NCBI GenBank assembly: GCA_964291395.2
Contig: OZ219858.1
Location: 320,001 to 384,000 of the forward strand
Reading direction: 5' to 3'
Origin: Alphaproteobacteria bacterium
GTDB taxonomy: Bacteria > Pseudomonadota > Alphaproteobacteria > UBA2966
DNA: 64,000 nucleotides
The notes under the pieces were generated by a model, which searched no databases, was not told where the DNA came from, and worked only from the letters and a program-made list of their open reading frames with translations. Of the stretch, positions 31,824 through 41,878 are shown piece after piece. Made by a program: the position numbers and the translations under genes. Each line of letters starts with the position of its first letter. Position 1 is the stretch's first letter.

Positions 31824-33015
31824 TGTCGCTAGCAAGTAGAATTGTCCGGTTTTCATAGCACATCGATTGGCCGCTTCTGTTGAGGTTGCCGGGCCTGTGG
31901 GGAAGTGGTCAGGCGCGGAGCGACTGTCCACTTGTCCACAGGCCGCGGGCGGGTCGCGTCGAAGCGGGTCACGCGGCCTTCCGGGTTTGAGTTTCGACGT
32001 TGCTCTGGTATCGGGCGAGGCATCTGGGTCCGTGGAACACGGCGATCGTGCCGTCGGGGTACTCGTGGACCCGGACGTAGTGAGGACGCTCCGGCCCGGC
32101 GGGGAGCGACCCGTTTGCCGTAGCGCACGGTGTTGTCGCGCCCGACGGTGCGCTCTGTGTGGAGGCAGAGGATGTCGTCGATCTGGCCGGGCCGGACGGC
32201 GACGGTCTTTGAACTCAGGCGGGGTTGCGAAGCGGCGGTTGTGGTCGGGTAGATAGCGCTCTTGGATGAAGCCGAGGGTGGTGATGCCGGAGTGCCAGTT
32301 CTTTGACCAGGCGGCGAAGGCGCGCTCGGACGGCGCTCGGCTGGGTGCGCCGGCTTGTCCACCTTGCCGCCGGCCTCGGGTGTGTGGAAGTAGTGGCTGC
32401 CGCGGTCGGTGTACAGAAGCGGGCAGGCCGGCTCGGTGACCTCCTTCAGTGCCTGGAAGGTGGACGCGGGCCTTCCTCCTCGACCAGGAGGCCGAGTAGA
32501 CAGGGTGACGATCAGGTCCAGCGGCGCCTGGCGGCGAGCCACTCATGGCGTGAGCCGCCGATGCAGCATCATGCCGATGCAGGGCTTGCGCGGCCGCCGG
32601 CGGCGATGCGCCCCGCGCCGCGGCGCCCTGGCGACCAACCCCGCCCGCTGCAGAGCGGTCTTGGTCCGTAGCTCCGAAAGCCGTGATGCTCGCGCAGATG
32701 GTCGTGGAAGTGCTTGACCGTCCGCCCACATGGCGGGTGCGGTACTGGCACCCACTCGCATCCACGGAGACCCGGCGGCCTTGCCGAGGCGGCGGTCGAA
32801 CAGGCCTTGCAGACCTTCCTCCTCGTAACGGCGCCGAAGCTGCGCTCCGACATCCCTAAAAGCTGCCGCGTCCAGCGCCACGCTTCGCCTCAAAGCGGCA
32901 CATCGAAAAACTTCTCCATCCTGCGCTCTGTAGCCACATCGTCCGGTTCATCCAGGGACACCTAACCGGACAACTCTCGTGCTACATAAACCGGACAGAT
33001 CATCTGTTAGCGACA
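31824..33015 (-). mobile_element. IS1202/ISNCY-family insertion sequence with degenerate transposase
   Basis: Imperfect terminal IRs TGTCGCTAGCAAGTAGAATTGTCCGGTTT / TGTCGCTAACAGATGATCTGTCCGGTTT; frameshifted fragments RRRYEEEGLQGLFDRRLGKA, RRRRPRKPCIGMMLH, LYTDRGSHYF, ERTVGRDNTVRY; flanking ACAGGGCGGGGC on both sides. Confidence 0.85.
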
Positions 33016-33101
33016 CTCGACAGGGCGGGGCTCGCGATGGCCGTATCGACTGTTGTAACCTGAACCCGCCCACCGGGAAGACGATAGGGCGCGGGGGAAC
33101 C

Positions 33102-34235
33102 ATGTCAGATCACGGCGCCGCACCAGCCATGTTCGAACCTTACGAACTGCGCGGCCTCAAGCTGGAAAACCGAGTCGTTGTCTCGCCCATGGACACGTAC
33201 TCGGCGGTCGACGGCTGTCCGACGGACTGGCATCTAGTGCATTACGGCACGCGCGCCATGGGGGGTGCGGGATTCATCGTCGCGGAGGGCACCGGCGTAT
33301 CGGGAACCGGCCGCATCACGCCGGGATGCGCCGGACTCTACCGGGACGAACAGGTCGCGGCCTGGCGCCGGGTGACCGACTTCGTGCACGAGCACACCCG
33401 GGCGAAGATCGGCGTCCAGATCTGCCACTCCGGCCGTCGCGGCTCCACAAAACGCATGTTCCACGGCCAGGATGACCCCCTGCCCGAGGGCAATTGGGAG
33501 ATCATCGCACCGTCACCCGTTGCCTACGGCGCCGACAATCAGGTGCCGACCCAGATGGACCGGGCGATGATGGACGAGGTCCACGAAGATTTTCGCCGTG
33601 CCGCCGTGAATGCGGTCACCGCCGGATTCGATGCCATCGAGTATCACTGCGCCCACGGTTACCTGATGTCGAGCTTTCTCTCGCCCATCGGAAACCAGCG
33701 CAACGATGAATACGGCGGAGAGCTGTCAGGCCGCTTACGGTACCCCCTGGAGGTGTTCGACTCCATCCGCGCCAGCGTTCCCGACGGGTTTCCCGTCGGC
33801 GTGCGCATCTCGTCGAGCGATCTCGTCGAGGGCGGGAATACGGACGATGACGCCGTCGAGATCGCGAAGGCCTTCAAAGCGCACGACGCCGACTACATCG
33901 CTTCGTCGTCTGGCGGCGCGGCGAAATGGACGCCCATCGCCCGTCCCGCACCGTTGGGTTACGTGCCCTATGCGCGCCGCATCAAGCACGAGGCGGGAAT
34001 CGCGTCGATCTGTGTCGGCAACATCAACACCGTCGAGGAGGTGACCGGTATTCTGGAACGCGGCGACGCCGACCTCGTGGCGCTCGGGCGGCAACACTTG
34101 CGCGATCCGTACTGGATGCTGCATGCGGCTCAGCAGCTCGAGTATCGGCCCTTCGACATCTGGCCCATCCAGTATACCACGGTGCCGCGCCAGGACCGTA
34201 TCTGGAAACGTGACCGGCAGGCCGCGGGTGGTTGA
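33102..34235 (+). CDS. NADH:flavin oxidoreductase (Old Yellow Enzyme family)
   Basis: LENRVVVSPM, GRITPGCAGL, EYHCAHGYLMSSFLSP..NQRNDEYGG, ALGRQHLRDPYW. Confidence 0.9.
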   Translation: MSDHGAAPAMFEPYELRGLKLENRVVVSPMDTYSAVDGCPTDWHLVHYGTRAMGGAGFIVAEGTGVSGTGRITPGCAGLYRDEQVAAWRRVTDFVHEHTRAKIGVQICHSGRRGSTKRMFHGQDDPLPEGNWEIIAPSPVAYGADNQVPTQMDRAMMDEVHEDFRRAAVNAVTAGFDAIEYHCAHGYLMSSFLSPIGNQRNDEYGGELSGRLRYPLEVFDSIRASVPDGFPVGVRISSSDLVEGGNTDDDAVEIAKAFKAHDADYIASSSGGAAKWTPIARPAPLGYVPYARRIKHEAGIASICVGNINTVEEVTGILERGDADLVALGRQHLRDPYWMLHAAQQLEYRPFDIWPIQYTTVPRQDRIWKRDRQAAGG

Positions 34236-34285
34236 GCATCGGCTCGTACGTCGCCGCGGTCGGGGAGCAACGGGGAAATCGACGA

Positions 34286-35365
34286 ATGGCTGATCCGATC
34301 CGCGTCGGATTTCTGGGCATCGAGCACATCCACGCCGACTTCTGGCAGGAGGTTTTCCAGGACTCGCCGCACACGGAACTCGTCGGCGCCTGGTCGATCA
34401 CGCCGGGTCTGACCGCGAGCAAAGGCGCGGAGTTCGGGTACAAATCCTGGGAAGATCGTGATGCGCTCTTGGACGCCTCCGACGCCGTGGTGATCTGCGC
34501 ACCCACCATGCATCACGCCGACATGGTGGAGCTCGCCGCGCGGGCCGGCAAGAAGATCCTGCTGGAAAAGCCCATGGCCGCCACGACGGAACACCTCGAC
34601 CGCATCGGGGCGGTGCTGGAGGAGACCGGGGCTTGGCTGATGCAGGCCTATCCCAAGCGTTTCGACCCGATCAACAAGGAGATCCGCCAGATTCTCGACA
34701 GTGGCGATCTCGGGACGATTTCCCTGATGCGTATCCGTCACGGCCATGCCGGCGCCTCCAATCCGGTATTCGGCGGGACGTGGTTCACCGATCCGGACTT
34801 GGCCGGCGGGGGCACGATGATGGATGAAGGGTCCCACGCCGCGGATTTCGTCCGCCGCACGTTCGGTGACCCGGAGGAAGTCTCGTGCCTCATGTCGAAT
34901 TCGGCGCAGGGCTTCCCCGTAGAGGATACGGGCATCGCCATTTACAAGTGGTCCAACGGACTCGTCGGAGAGATCGTCTCGTGCTTCCAGTTCCACGGCG
35001 GCGAGAACTCGATCGAGGTCTACGGCACGCACGGGACGCTCATCGTGTCGGGTGTCGATCTCGGGTCCCGCGATCTCACCGAATCGGGTTTCCTCAAGAC
35101 GTTCGTCGTTCCCGGGGACTCGAACCGCGGCGGTGAGCTGGTGCTGCACGACGAGAAGAAATGGACCGTTTCGGACACCGTGCCCCAGTTCAAGAAAGAC
35201 ACGCCGACGTTCCACAAGAACGTCGCGTCCGCATTCGTGGACGCCATGGTGACCGGTGGCCCGCCGCCCTGTACTTATCTCGACGGCCGCCGGGCTTCCG
35301 AGATGATCATCGCCGCGTACGAGTCGGCGAAAACGGGCAGGGCCGTGAAGATCGAATACGGCTAA
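34286..35365 (+). CDS. Gfo/Idh/MocA-family oxidoreductase
   Basis: IRVGFLG, ILLEKPMA, GGGTMMDEGSHAAD. Confidence 0.88.
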   Translation: MADPIRVGFLGIEHIHADFWQEVFQDSPHTELVGAWSITPGLTASKGAEFGYKSWEDRDALLDASDAVVICAPTMHHADMVELAARAGKKILLEKPMAATTEHLDRIGAVLEETGAWLMQAYPKRFDPINKEIRQILDSGDLGTISLMRIRHGHAGASNPVFGGTWFTDPDLAGGGTMMDEGSHAADFVRRTFGDPEEVSCLMSNSAQGFPVEDTGIAIYKWSNGLVGEIVSCFQFHGGENSIEVYGTHGTLIVSGVDLGSRDLTESGFLKTFVVPGDSNRGGELVLHDEKKWTVSDTVPQFKKDTPTFHKNVASAFVDAMVTGGPPPCTYLDGRRASEMIIAAYESAKTGRAVKIEYG

Positions 35366-35457
35366 CCGCGACCGACGATGAAGCGCCGCTTGCCCAACCT
35401 CTCCGACATCGTAGTACATTGCGGGGTGCGTGCACTCCGATCCACGGGATTGACGTC

Positions 35458-36405
35458 ATGAGCGTTGCCGCCCGATTGAACCAGGACAATGCGCCCCCGG
35501 AGACCGCCGGTGAGATTCCCGGGATCGCATGGGTGAACGGCGAGTTCCAGCCCCTGTCGGAAGCCAAGCTTTCGCTGCTCGACTGGGGCTTCGTGCGTGG
35601 CGACTGCACGTACGACGTGGCCAGCGTCTTCAAGGGCGCCTTCTTCCGCCTGGACGATCACGTGGACCGGTTCCTTTCCTCGATGGCCAAGTTGCGGCTC
35701 ACCATGCCGTTCGACCGGGACGGGCTGATCGACGTGATGACCGAATGCGCCCGGCGTCCGGGACTGCGCGACGCGTTCGTGAAAATGATATGCACGCGCG
35801 GCCTTCAGCCGCCCTCATTCTCCCGCAACCCGCGAGACGCGTTGAACCAGTTGTTCGTCTATTCCGTTCCCTACACCTTTTTCATGACGGAAGAGCAGCG
35901 TGCGCGGGGCATGCGCCTTCACGTGGCTTCGACGCCGCGCATCCCGACGGAGTGCATCGACCCTACCATCAAGAACTACAACAGACTGGATTTCGTGAGC
36001 GGAATATTCGAGGCCTACGACGCCGGTGCCGACCAGGTGGTCATGCCGGACATGCACGGCAACATCACCGAGGGCCTCGGGTTCAACGTTTTCGTCATCA
36101 GGGACGGCCGGGCGACCTCGCCGGGCACGGGCGTGCTCGAGGGCGTCACGCGAAAGGTCGTGCTCGAGCTGTGCGAGGACATCGGCCTGCCCGCTCGCCT
36201 CGGCACCGTCTCCGTGGAAGACCTCTTGAGCGCCGACGAGGCGTTTCTTTGTACCACCGCGGGCGGAGTCGTTGGAATCACCGAGGTCAACGGCCGCACC
36301 ATCGCCAACGGCATGCCCCGAGAAACGACTCGCCGGCTCGATGATCTGTACTGGGCCAAGCACGAGGATCCGGCGTACATCACGCCGATCGACTACGGCG
36401 CTTGA
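35458..36405 (+). CDS. Class IV PLP-dependent aminotransferase
   Basis: LLDWGFVRGDCTYDV, FRLDDHVDRF, DPTIKNYN (PLP Lys), ITEGLGFNVF, LEGVTR, FLCTTAGG. Confidence 0.9.
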   Translation: MSVAARLNQDNAPPETAGEIPGIAWVNGEFQPLSEAKLSLLDWGFVRGDCTYDVASVFKGAFFRLDDHVDRFLSSMAKLRLTMPFDRDGLIDVMTECARRPGLRDAFVKMICTRGLQPPSFSRNPRDALNQLFVYSVPYTFFMTEEQRARGMRLHVASTPRIPTECIDPTIKNYNRLDFVSGIFEAYDAGADQVVMPDMHGNITEGLGFNVFVIRDGRATSPGTGVLEGVTRKVVLELCEDIGLPARLGTVSVEDLLSADEAFLCTTAGGVVGITEVNGRTIANGMPRETTRRLDDLYWAKHEDPAYITPIDYGA

Positions 36406-36409
36406 CCCG

Positions 36410-38110
36410 ATGACGCAAACCGCGGAACCGCTGCGGCCGACAGCAGACGCGCCCCTCGATCCCGTTACCCTGGGTATTCTCTGGGATCGCCTGATCTCGA
36501 TCACCGACGAAGGCGTTTCGGCGATGCTGCGGTCGTCCTTTTCGACGATCCTGCGGGAGTGTCTCGATCTCACCGCCATCCTGTTCGACGCCGATGGAAA
36601 CTCGATCGCCCAAGGGACCAAGAGCCTGCCTTCCTTTACCGGAACCGGGCCGGCGACCCTGCGCCACATTCTCGAGCGCCACCCGCCCGAGACCCTGAAC
36701 CCGGGTGACGCGATCGCGACCAACGACGCCTGGCAGGGGACGGGCCACTATTTCGACATTTGTGTCATGCGACCGGCGTTCCGCCACGGGCGCATCGTCG
36801 GCTACACCATGAGCATCTCGCACCTGCCCGATATCGGTGGCATCGGCTACACCGCCGCCGCCACGGACATCTATCAGGAGGGTCTGCGAATTCCAGCCTG
36901 CAAGCTGATGCAAGCGGGCGAGCCGAACGAGCTGGCGTTCGAATTCATCCGCGCGAACGTCCGGGTCCCGGAGCAGGTCGTGGGGGACATCATGGCCAAC
37001 GTCTCCTGTAACGAGGTGAGCGGCCAGAAGCTCGCGGAGTTCATGGACGAGACCGGCCTCGATGATCTGGGCCCGCTCTCCCACGCCATTCGCAGGCAGT
37101 CGGAACGCTCAATGCGCGACTGCATCCGGGGTATTCCCGACGGAGTCTACCGGAACCGGGTCGACATCGAAGGATTCGACGAATCCGTGCGGCTTGCCTG
37201 CAGCATCACGGTGAACGGGGACCACCTGCTGATCGACTACGACGGCACCGGGCCGTCCGTCAGCCGCGGGATCAACTGCGCCCTCAACATCACCTCCGCA
37301 TGGACCTATTTCGCGCTCAAGTGCCTGATGGCGGGAGACATCCCCAACAACCAGGGGTTTCTCGCTCCGGTCTCGATCAAAGCACCGGAGGGGTGCATCC
37401 TCAACGCCCGGCCACCGTCGCCCACGGCCGGCCGGCACCTCGTGGTGCACTTCATCCCGTCCCTTGTTTTCGGTGCCTTCGAGCAGGCCATTCCCGACGT
37501 GGTGCAGGCCGAGAGCGGCATGGTCGGCCACCTCACCGTCCAGGGCGTCCACCGCAACGGCCGCGAGATCTCGGATATCTTCACGGCGACGGGGGGCGTA
37601 GGCGGCGCCAGGGAGGCGGACGGCGCCGAGACCACCTCGACGCCGACCACCATCGGGGTCGTGCCCGTGGAGATCTGGGAGGCGCTGACCAGCATGACGG
37701 TCGAACGCAAGGCGTTCATTCCCGACAGCGGCGGCGGCGGCCGCACCCGGGGCGGCCTGGGCCAGGAAGTCGTGATCCGCAACGACAGCGGCAACACGCT
37801 GACGGTCTTCCCAATGGGGTACCGGACGGACTTTCCGGCACGGGGATACCACGGCGGCGCCGATGGCCGCCCCACCCGTTTCGAAGCGAACGGCAAGCCC
37901 CTGCATCCCAAGGACCGCTATCTGATGGCATCGGGCGACCGCGTGCGCATCATGGAAGCAGGCGGCGGCGGGTTCGGCGCCGCCAGGGACCGCGATCCCG
38001 AACGGGTCCTGGAAGATGTCCTCGAAGGTTACGTGAGCGTGGAATGCGCGCGGGAGGCCTACGGCGTCGAGGTTGACGCGGCCGCGCGGACCGCGCGCCG
38101 CCGGGCCTGA
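36410..38110 (+). CDS. Hydantoinase B / oxoprolinase family protein
   Basis: RSSFSTILRECLD, NDAWQGTGHYFD, HLPDIGG, PDSGGGGRTRGGLG, AGGGGFG. Confidence 0.92.
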   Translation: MTQTAEPLRPTADAPLDPVTLGILWDRLISITDEGVSAMLRSSFSTILRECLDLTAILFDADGNSIAQGTKSLPSFTGTGPATLRHILERHPPETLNPGDAIATNDAWQGTGHYFDICVMRPAFRHGRIVGYTMSISHLPDIGGIGYTAAATDIYQEGLRIPACKLMQAGEPNELAFEFIRANVRVPEQVVGDIMANVSCNEVSGQKLAEFMDETGLDDLGPLSHAIRRQSERSMRDCIRGIPDGVYRNRVDIEGFDESVRLACSITVNGDHLLIDYDGTGPSVSRGINCALNITSAWTYFALKCLMAGDIPNNQGFLAPVSIKAPEGCILNARPPSPTAGRHLVVHFIPSLVFGAFEQAIPDVVQAESGMVGHLTVQGVHRNGREISDIFTATGGVGGAREADGAETTSTPTTIGVVPVEIWEALTSMTVERKAFIPDSGGGGRTRGGLGQEVVIRNDSGNTLTVFPMGYRTDFPARGYHGGADGRPTRFEANGKPLHPKDRYLMASGDRVRIMEAGGGGFGAARDRDPERVLEDVLEGYVSVECAREAYGVEVDAAARTARRRA

Positions 38111-38145
38111 CCACTCGATCAAGAGGTTCGGACGGTCCTGATCTC

Positions 38146-40242
38146 ATGACCCATCGGGTTGGAGTCGACATCGGCGGAACGTTCACGGACTTCGCGCTCT
38201 TCGCCGAGGGGAGCGGCATCGTCGGTATCCACAAGCGGCTGACCACGCCTGGGGACCCCTCTCGGGCCGTCATCGAGGGTCTCCAGGACTTGTTGACCGA
38301 GAGCGGCGTGGCCTTCGCCGACGTCCAGGCCGTCGTTCACGGGACCACGCTCGTCACGAATGCCGTCATCGAGCGCCGGGGCGCTCCCACCGGTATGCTC
38401 GTCACCCAAGGTTTCCGCGACATCCTCGATATGCGTCGGGAACGGCGCTATGACCTCTACGACCTGACACCCGGATTTCCCGACCCGCTGGTGCCGAGGG
38501 CGCTGCGGCGCGAGGTCGACGAACGTATCCTGTTCGACGGCAGCGTCGAGCGGGCCGTCGATCTCGAGGAGGCCAAGTCGGACGTGGCGGAGCTGGTTAC
38601 CGACCACGATATCGGGGCGCTTGCGGTCTGCTTCATCAATTCCTACCTCAACCCGACCCACGAGCTTGCGGTGCGCGACGCCATCCAGGCCGCGTTTCCC
38701 GATCTGTTCGTCTCGACGTCGGCGGAGGTGTTTCCACACTGGCGTGAATTCGAACGCTGGACCACGGCCACGGCCAATGCCTTCACTCAGCCCGTGCTCG
38801 ACAGGTATTTGCGGCATATCGAACGCGAACTCGGCGCCTTGGGCTTTACCGGTCGCATCACCATGATGGCGTCGAATGGCGGTATGGTGACACTCGATAC
38901 GGCGCGGCGTTTCCCCGTCCGCATGATGGAATCGGGGCCTGCCGCGGGCGCCCTGATGTCGGCGCGTCACGGCGCCGCCCTAGGCCTCCCCGACGTCCTG
39001 TCCTTCGACATGGGAGGCACGACGGCGAAGGGAGCGCTGGTACGCGCCGGTTCGCCGCTCCGCACCTATGAACTCGAGGTGGCGCGGGTCAACGAGTTCA
39101 AGCCGGGGAGCGGCGTCCCCATCAAGATTCCCGTCATCGACATGATCGAAATCGGCGCGGGCGGCGGATCCATTGCCGAGATCGACGGCCGTGGCATGAT
39201 TCGTGTCGGGCCGCGCAGCGCCGGCGCCGATCCGGGCCCTGCGTGCTACGGGCAGAGAGGCGAGGCGGCGACTCTCACAGACGCCAACGTGGTACTCGGC
39301 TATCTCGATCCCGACTTTTTTCTCGGCGGCGAGATGCGACTCGATCCACGGGCTTCCGAAAGAGCGATTGCCGCGCACGTGGCCGATCCTCTGGACGTCT
39401 CGGTGGTTCGGGCGGCCTGGGGAATCCACGAAACCATCAACGAAGACGTGGCGCGGGCGTTCCGGGTGCACGCGGCGGAGAGGGGGTTCGACTACCGGGG
39501 CTGTACCATGATCGCGTTCGGCGGTTCCGGTCCCATTCATGCCCACGGCATTGCCGCCAAATTGAAGGTGCCTCGCGTGATCTTTCCACCGGCGGCCGGG
39601 GTCATGTCGGCGCTGGGCCTGCTCGTATGCCCGCTCTCGTTCGACGTCGCCCGCTCCAACCTTACCTTCGTCGACGCGCTCGGGGACGATTGGTACGAAC
39701 GCCACTACCGGCCGCTGGCCGACGAGGCCGTCGGCCTGATCCGAGCCGCGGGCGTCGCTGCCGCGGACGTCACGGTCATCCATCGCCTCGACATCCGCTA
39801 CCAGGGCCAGGGATTCGAGATCGAAGTCACCCTGCCGAACGAGGCTGATCCCGTGGTCATGCGGGATGCCATTCCCGACGCCTTCGGTGCGCGCTACCAG
39901 GAGATCTTCGCCATCCCCGGTCTCGACGAGCGCCTGGAAATCGTCAATTGGAAGGTGGAGGCGCGGGCGCCCGAACCGGAAGATTCCGGCATGCCGGCGT
40001 TCCTCGGTGTCGAGGCCGGCGAACGGGCGGCAAGAAAGCGCAGCCGCAGGGCGTATTTCCCCGAAGCCGACGACTTCTTCGATTGCCCGGTCCACGACCG
40101 GTACACGCTCGTGCCGGGCGACGCGGTGGAGGGGCCGGCCCTGATCGAGGAGCGGGAATCGACTTGCTTGCTCGGCGTTGGCGGCACCGCGCGCGTCGAC
40201 GAGCGTTACAACCTCGTCGTCGATCTGGCCGAAGCGACATAG
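38146..40242 (+). CDS. Hydantoinase A / oxoprolinase family protein (ATP-binding)
   Basis: GVDIGGTFTD, HGTTLVTNA, ESGPAAG, FDMGGTT, GAGGGSIA, SAGADPGPACYG. Confidence 0.93.
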   Translation: MTHRVGVDIGGTFTDFALFAEGSGIVGIHKRLTTPGDPSRAVIEGLQDLLTESGVAFADVQAVVHGTTLVTNAVIERRGAPTGMLVTQGFRDILDMRRERRYDLYDLTPGFPDPLVPRALRREVDERILFDGSVERAVDLEEAKSDVAELVTDHDIGALAVCFINSYLNPTHELAVRDAIQAAFPDLFVSTSAEVFPHWREFERWTTATANAFTQPVLDRYLRHIERELGALGFTGRITMMASNGGMVTLDTARRFPVRMMESGPAAGALMSARHGAALGLPDVLSFDMGGTTAKGALVRAGSPLRTYELEVARVNEFKPGSGVPIKIPVIDMIEIGAGGGSIAEIDGRGMIRVGPRSAGADPGPACYGQRGEAATLTDANVVLGYLDPDFFLGGEMRLDPRASERAIAAHVADPLDVSVVRAAWGIHETINEDVARAFRVHAAERGFDYRGCTMIAFGGSGPIHAHGIAAKLKVPRVIFPPAAGVMSALGLLVCPLSFDVARSNLTFVDALGDDWYERHYRPLADEAVGLIRAAGVAAADVTVIHRLDIRYQGQGFEIEVTLPNEADPVVMRDAIPDAFGARYQEIFAIPGLDERLEIVNWKVEARAPEPEDSGMPAFLGVEAGERAARKRSRRAYFPEADDFFDCPVHDRYTLVPGDAVEGPALIEERESTCLLGVGGTARVDERYNLVVDLAEAT

Positions 40243-40342
40243 CCCAAAGTCCGACCGTCGGTGCGGGGCTTGCCTGCACCGGCAGGATCGAGTGCAATCT
40301 CTCGACCTTCATGCGGATGAATCACGGACGATTCCAGCGATC

Positions 40343-41878
40343 ATGTCAGGCACGATCCTGAACCTCCTCTCGCGCGGCGCCGGAGCCGATACCGCGATCG
40401 GCGCTCCCGAAGCCCCGGGCCTCGGCTTTGACGGCTTGCGGCAACACGTGCGGGAGACCATCGGGACGCTCCGACGCCTCGGCATCGGCCGCAATGACCG
40501 CGTGGCCATCGTGCTCCCCAACGGACCTGACATGGCCAGCGCCTTCGTGTCGGTGGCCGCCGCCGCGACGACGGCACCCCTGAACCCGGCTTATCGCGAC
40601 GAGGAGTTCGAGTTCTACCTCGGCGATCTCAATGCGAAGGCATTGATCGTCGACGCCGATGGCGACTCGCCCGCGACCGCGGTGGCGGAACGCCTTGGGG
40701 TGGGTGTGCTGCGGCTTACGACCCGCTCGACGGAGGCCGCGGGACTGTTCGGCCTGAGGGGCGAGGCCGTCGATGAACCTTCCGGCGATGCCGAAGCGGC
40801 CGCAGAAGACGTCGCGCTGGTGCTTCACACGTCCGGCACCACTTCGCGGCCCAAGATCGTCCCGCTCAGCCACGCCAACGCATGCGCATCCGCCAAGAAC
40901 ATCTCGGCGACGCTGTCCTTGGGTCCGGAGGACCGTTGCCTCAACGTCATGCCCCTGTTCCATATTCACGGGCTGATGGCCGCCGTCCTCGCAAGCCTGT
41001 CGGCGGGTGCCTCGGTCCACTGTCCGCCCGGGTTCAATGCACTTGGATTTTTCGCCTGGCTCGACGAGGTCCGTCCGACTTGGTACACCGCCGTGCCCAC
41101 CATGCATCAGGCGATCCTGGCACGCGCCGAGCGCAATCGAGAGATCATCGGGCGGTCCAGGCTACGCCTCATTCGCTCGTCCAGCGCGTCGCTGCCGCCG
41201 CAGGTCATGGCGGAGCTGGAAGAGGTCTTCGGCGTTCCCGTTATCGAGTCCTACGGTATGACCGAAGCCGCGCATCAGATGGCCTCGAATCCCCTGCCGC
41301 CAAAACCGCGCAAACCCGGTTCGGTCGGGCTGCCCGCCGGCCCCGAGATCGCCATCCTCGGCGAGTCGGGCGCGCTCCAGCCCCAGGGTACCCAGGGCGA
41401 GGTCGCCATCAGGGGCGACAACGTCACGACCGGCTACGAGACCAACCCGGAGGCGAACGCCGGCGCCTTTACCGACGGCTGGTTCCGGACGGGAGACCTG
41501 GGTTTCTTCGACGAAGACGGATATCTCACCATCACCGGCCGGCTGAAGGAGATCATCAACCGCGGTGGCGAGAAGATCTCGCCACGCGAGGTCGACGAGG
41601 TCCTGACGGGTCACGACGCGGTGGCCCAGGCCGTCACCTTCGCGGTGCCGCACGGAAAGCTGGGCGAGGACGTCGCGGCGGCCGTCGTGCTGCGCGAGGG
41701 CAGGTCGCTGACCGAAAAGGAGTTGCGCGATTTTGCCGCGGAGCGGCTCGCCGCCTTCAAGGTTCCCCGCACCGTCGTGTTCCTCGACGAGATCCCCAAG
41801 GGCGCGACCGGCAAGCTGCAGCGCATCGGCCTCGCCGAGCGGCTCGGACTGACCAAAACCACCGTGGCCGCCCAATGA
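40343..41878 (+). CDS. Acyl-CoA synthetase, oxalate-CoA ligase-like
   Basis: LHTSGTTSRPKIVPLSH, MPLFHIHGL, WYTAVPTMHQ, IRSSSASL, YGMTEAAHQMASNPLPP, PKGATGKLQR. Confidence 0.85.
   Translation: MSGTILNLLSRGAGADTAIGAPEAPGLGFDGLRQHVRETIGTLRRLGIGRNDRVAIVLPNGPDMASAFVSVAAAATTAPLNPAYRDEEFEFYLGDLNAKALIVDADGDSPATAVAERLGVGVLRLTTRSTEAAGLFGLRGEAVDEPSGDAEAAAEDVALVLHTSGTTSRPKIVPLSHANACASAKNISATLSLGPEDRCLNVMPLFHIHGLMAAVLASLSAGASVHCPPGFNALGFFAWLDEVRPTWYTAVPTMHQAILARAERNREIIGRSRLRLIRSSSASLPPQVMAELEEVFGVPVIESYGMTEAAHQMASNPLPPKPRKPGSVGLPAGPEIAILGESGALQPQGTQGEVAIRGDNVTTGYETNPEANAGAFTDGWFRTGDLGFFDEDGYLTITGRLKEIINRGGEKISPREVDEVLTGHDAVAQAVTFAVPHGKLGEDVAAAVVLREGRSLTEKELRDFAAERLAAFKVPRTVVFLDEIPKGATGKLQRIGLAERLGLTKTTVAAQ

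Noticed and set aside
40882-41874. N-terminal half of the 658-aa ORF
   Set aside because: Alternative frame over the acyl-CoA ligase; the PanE-like protein starts at 41875
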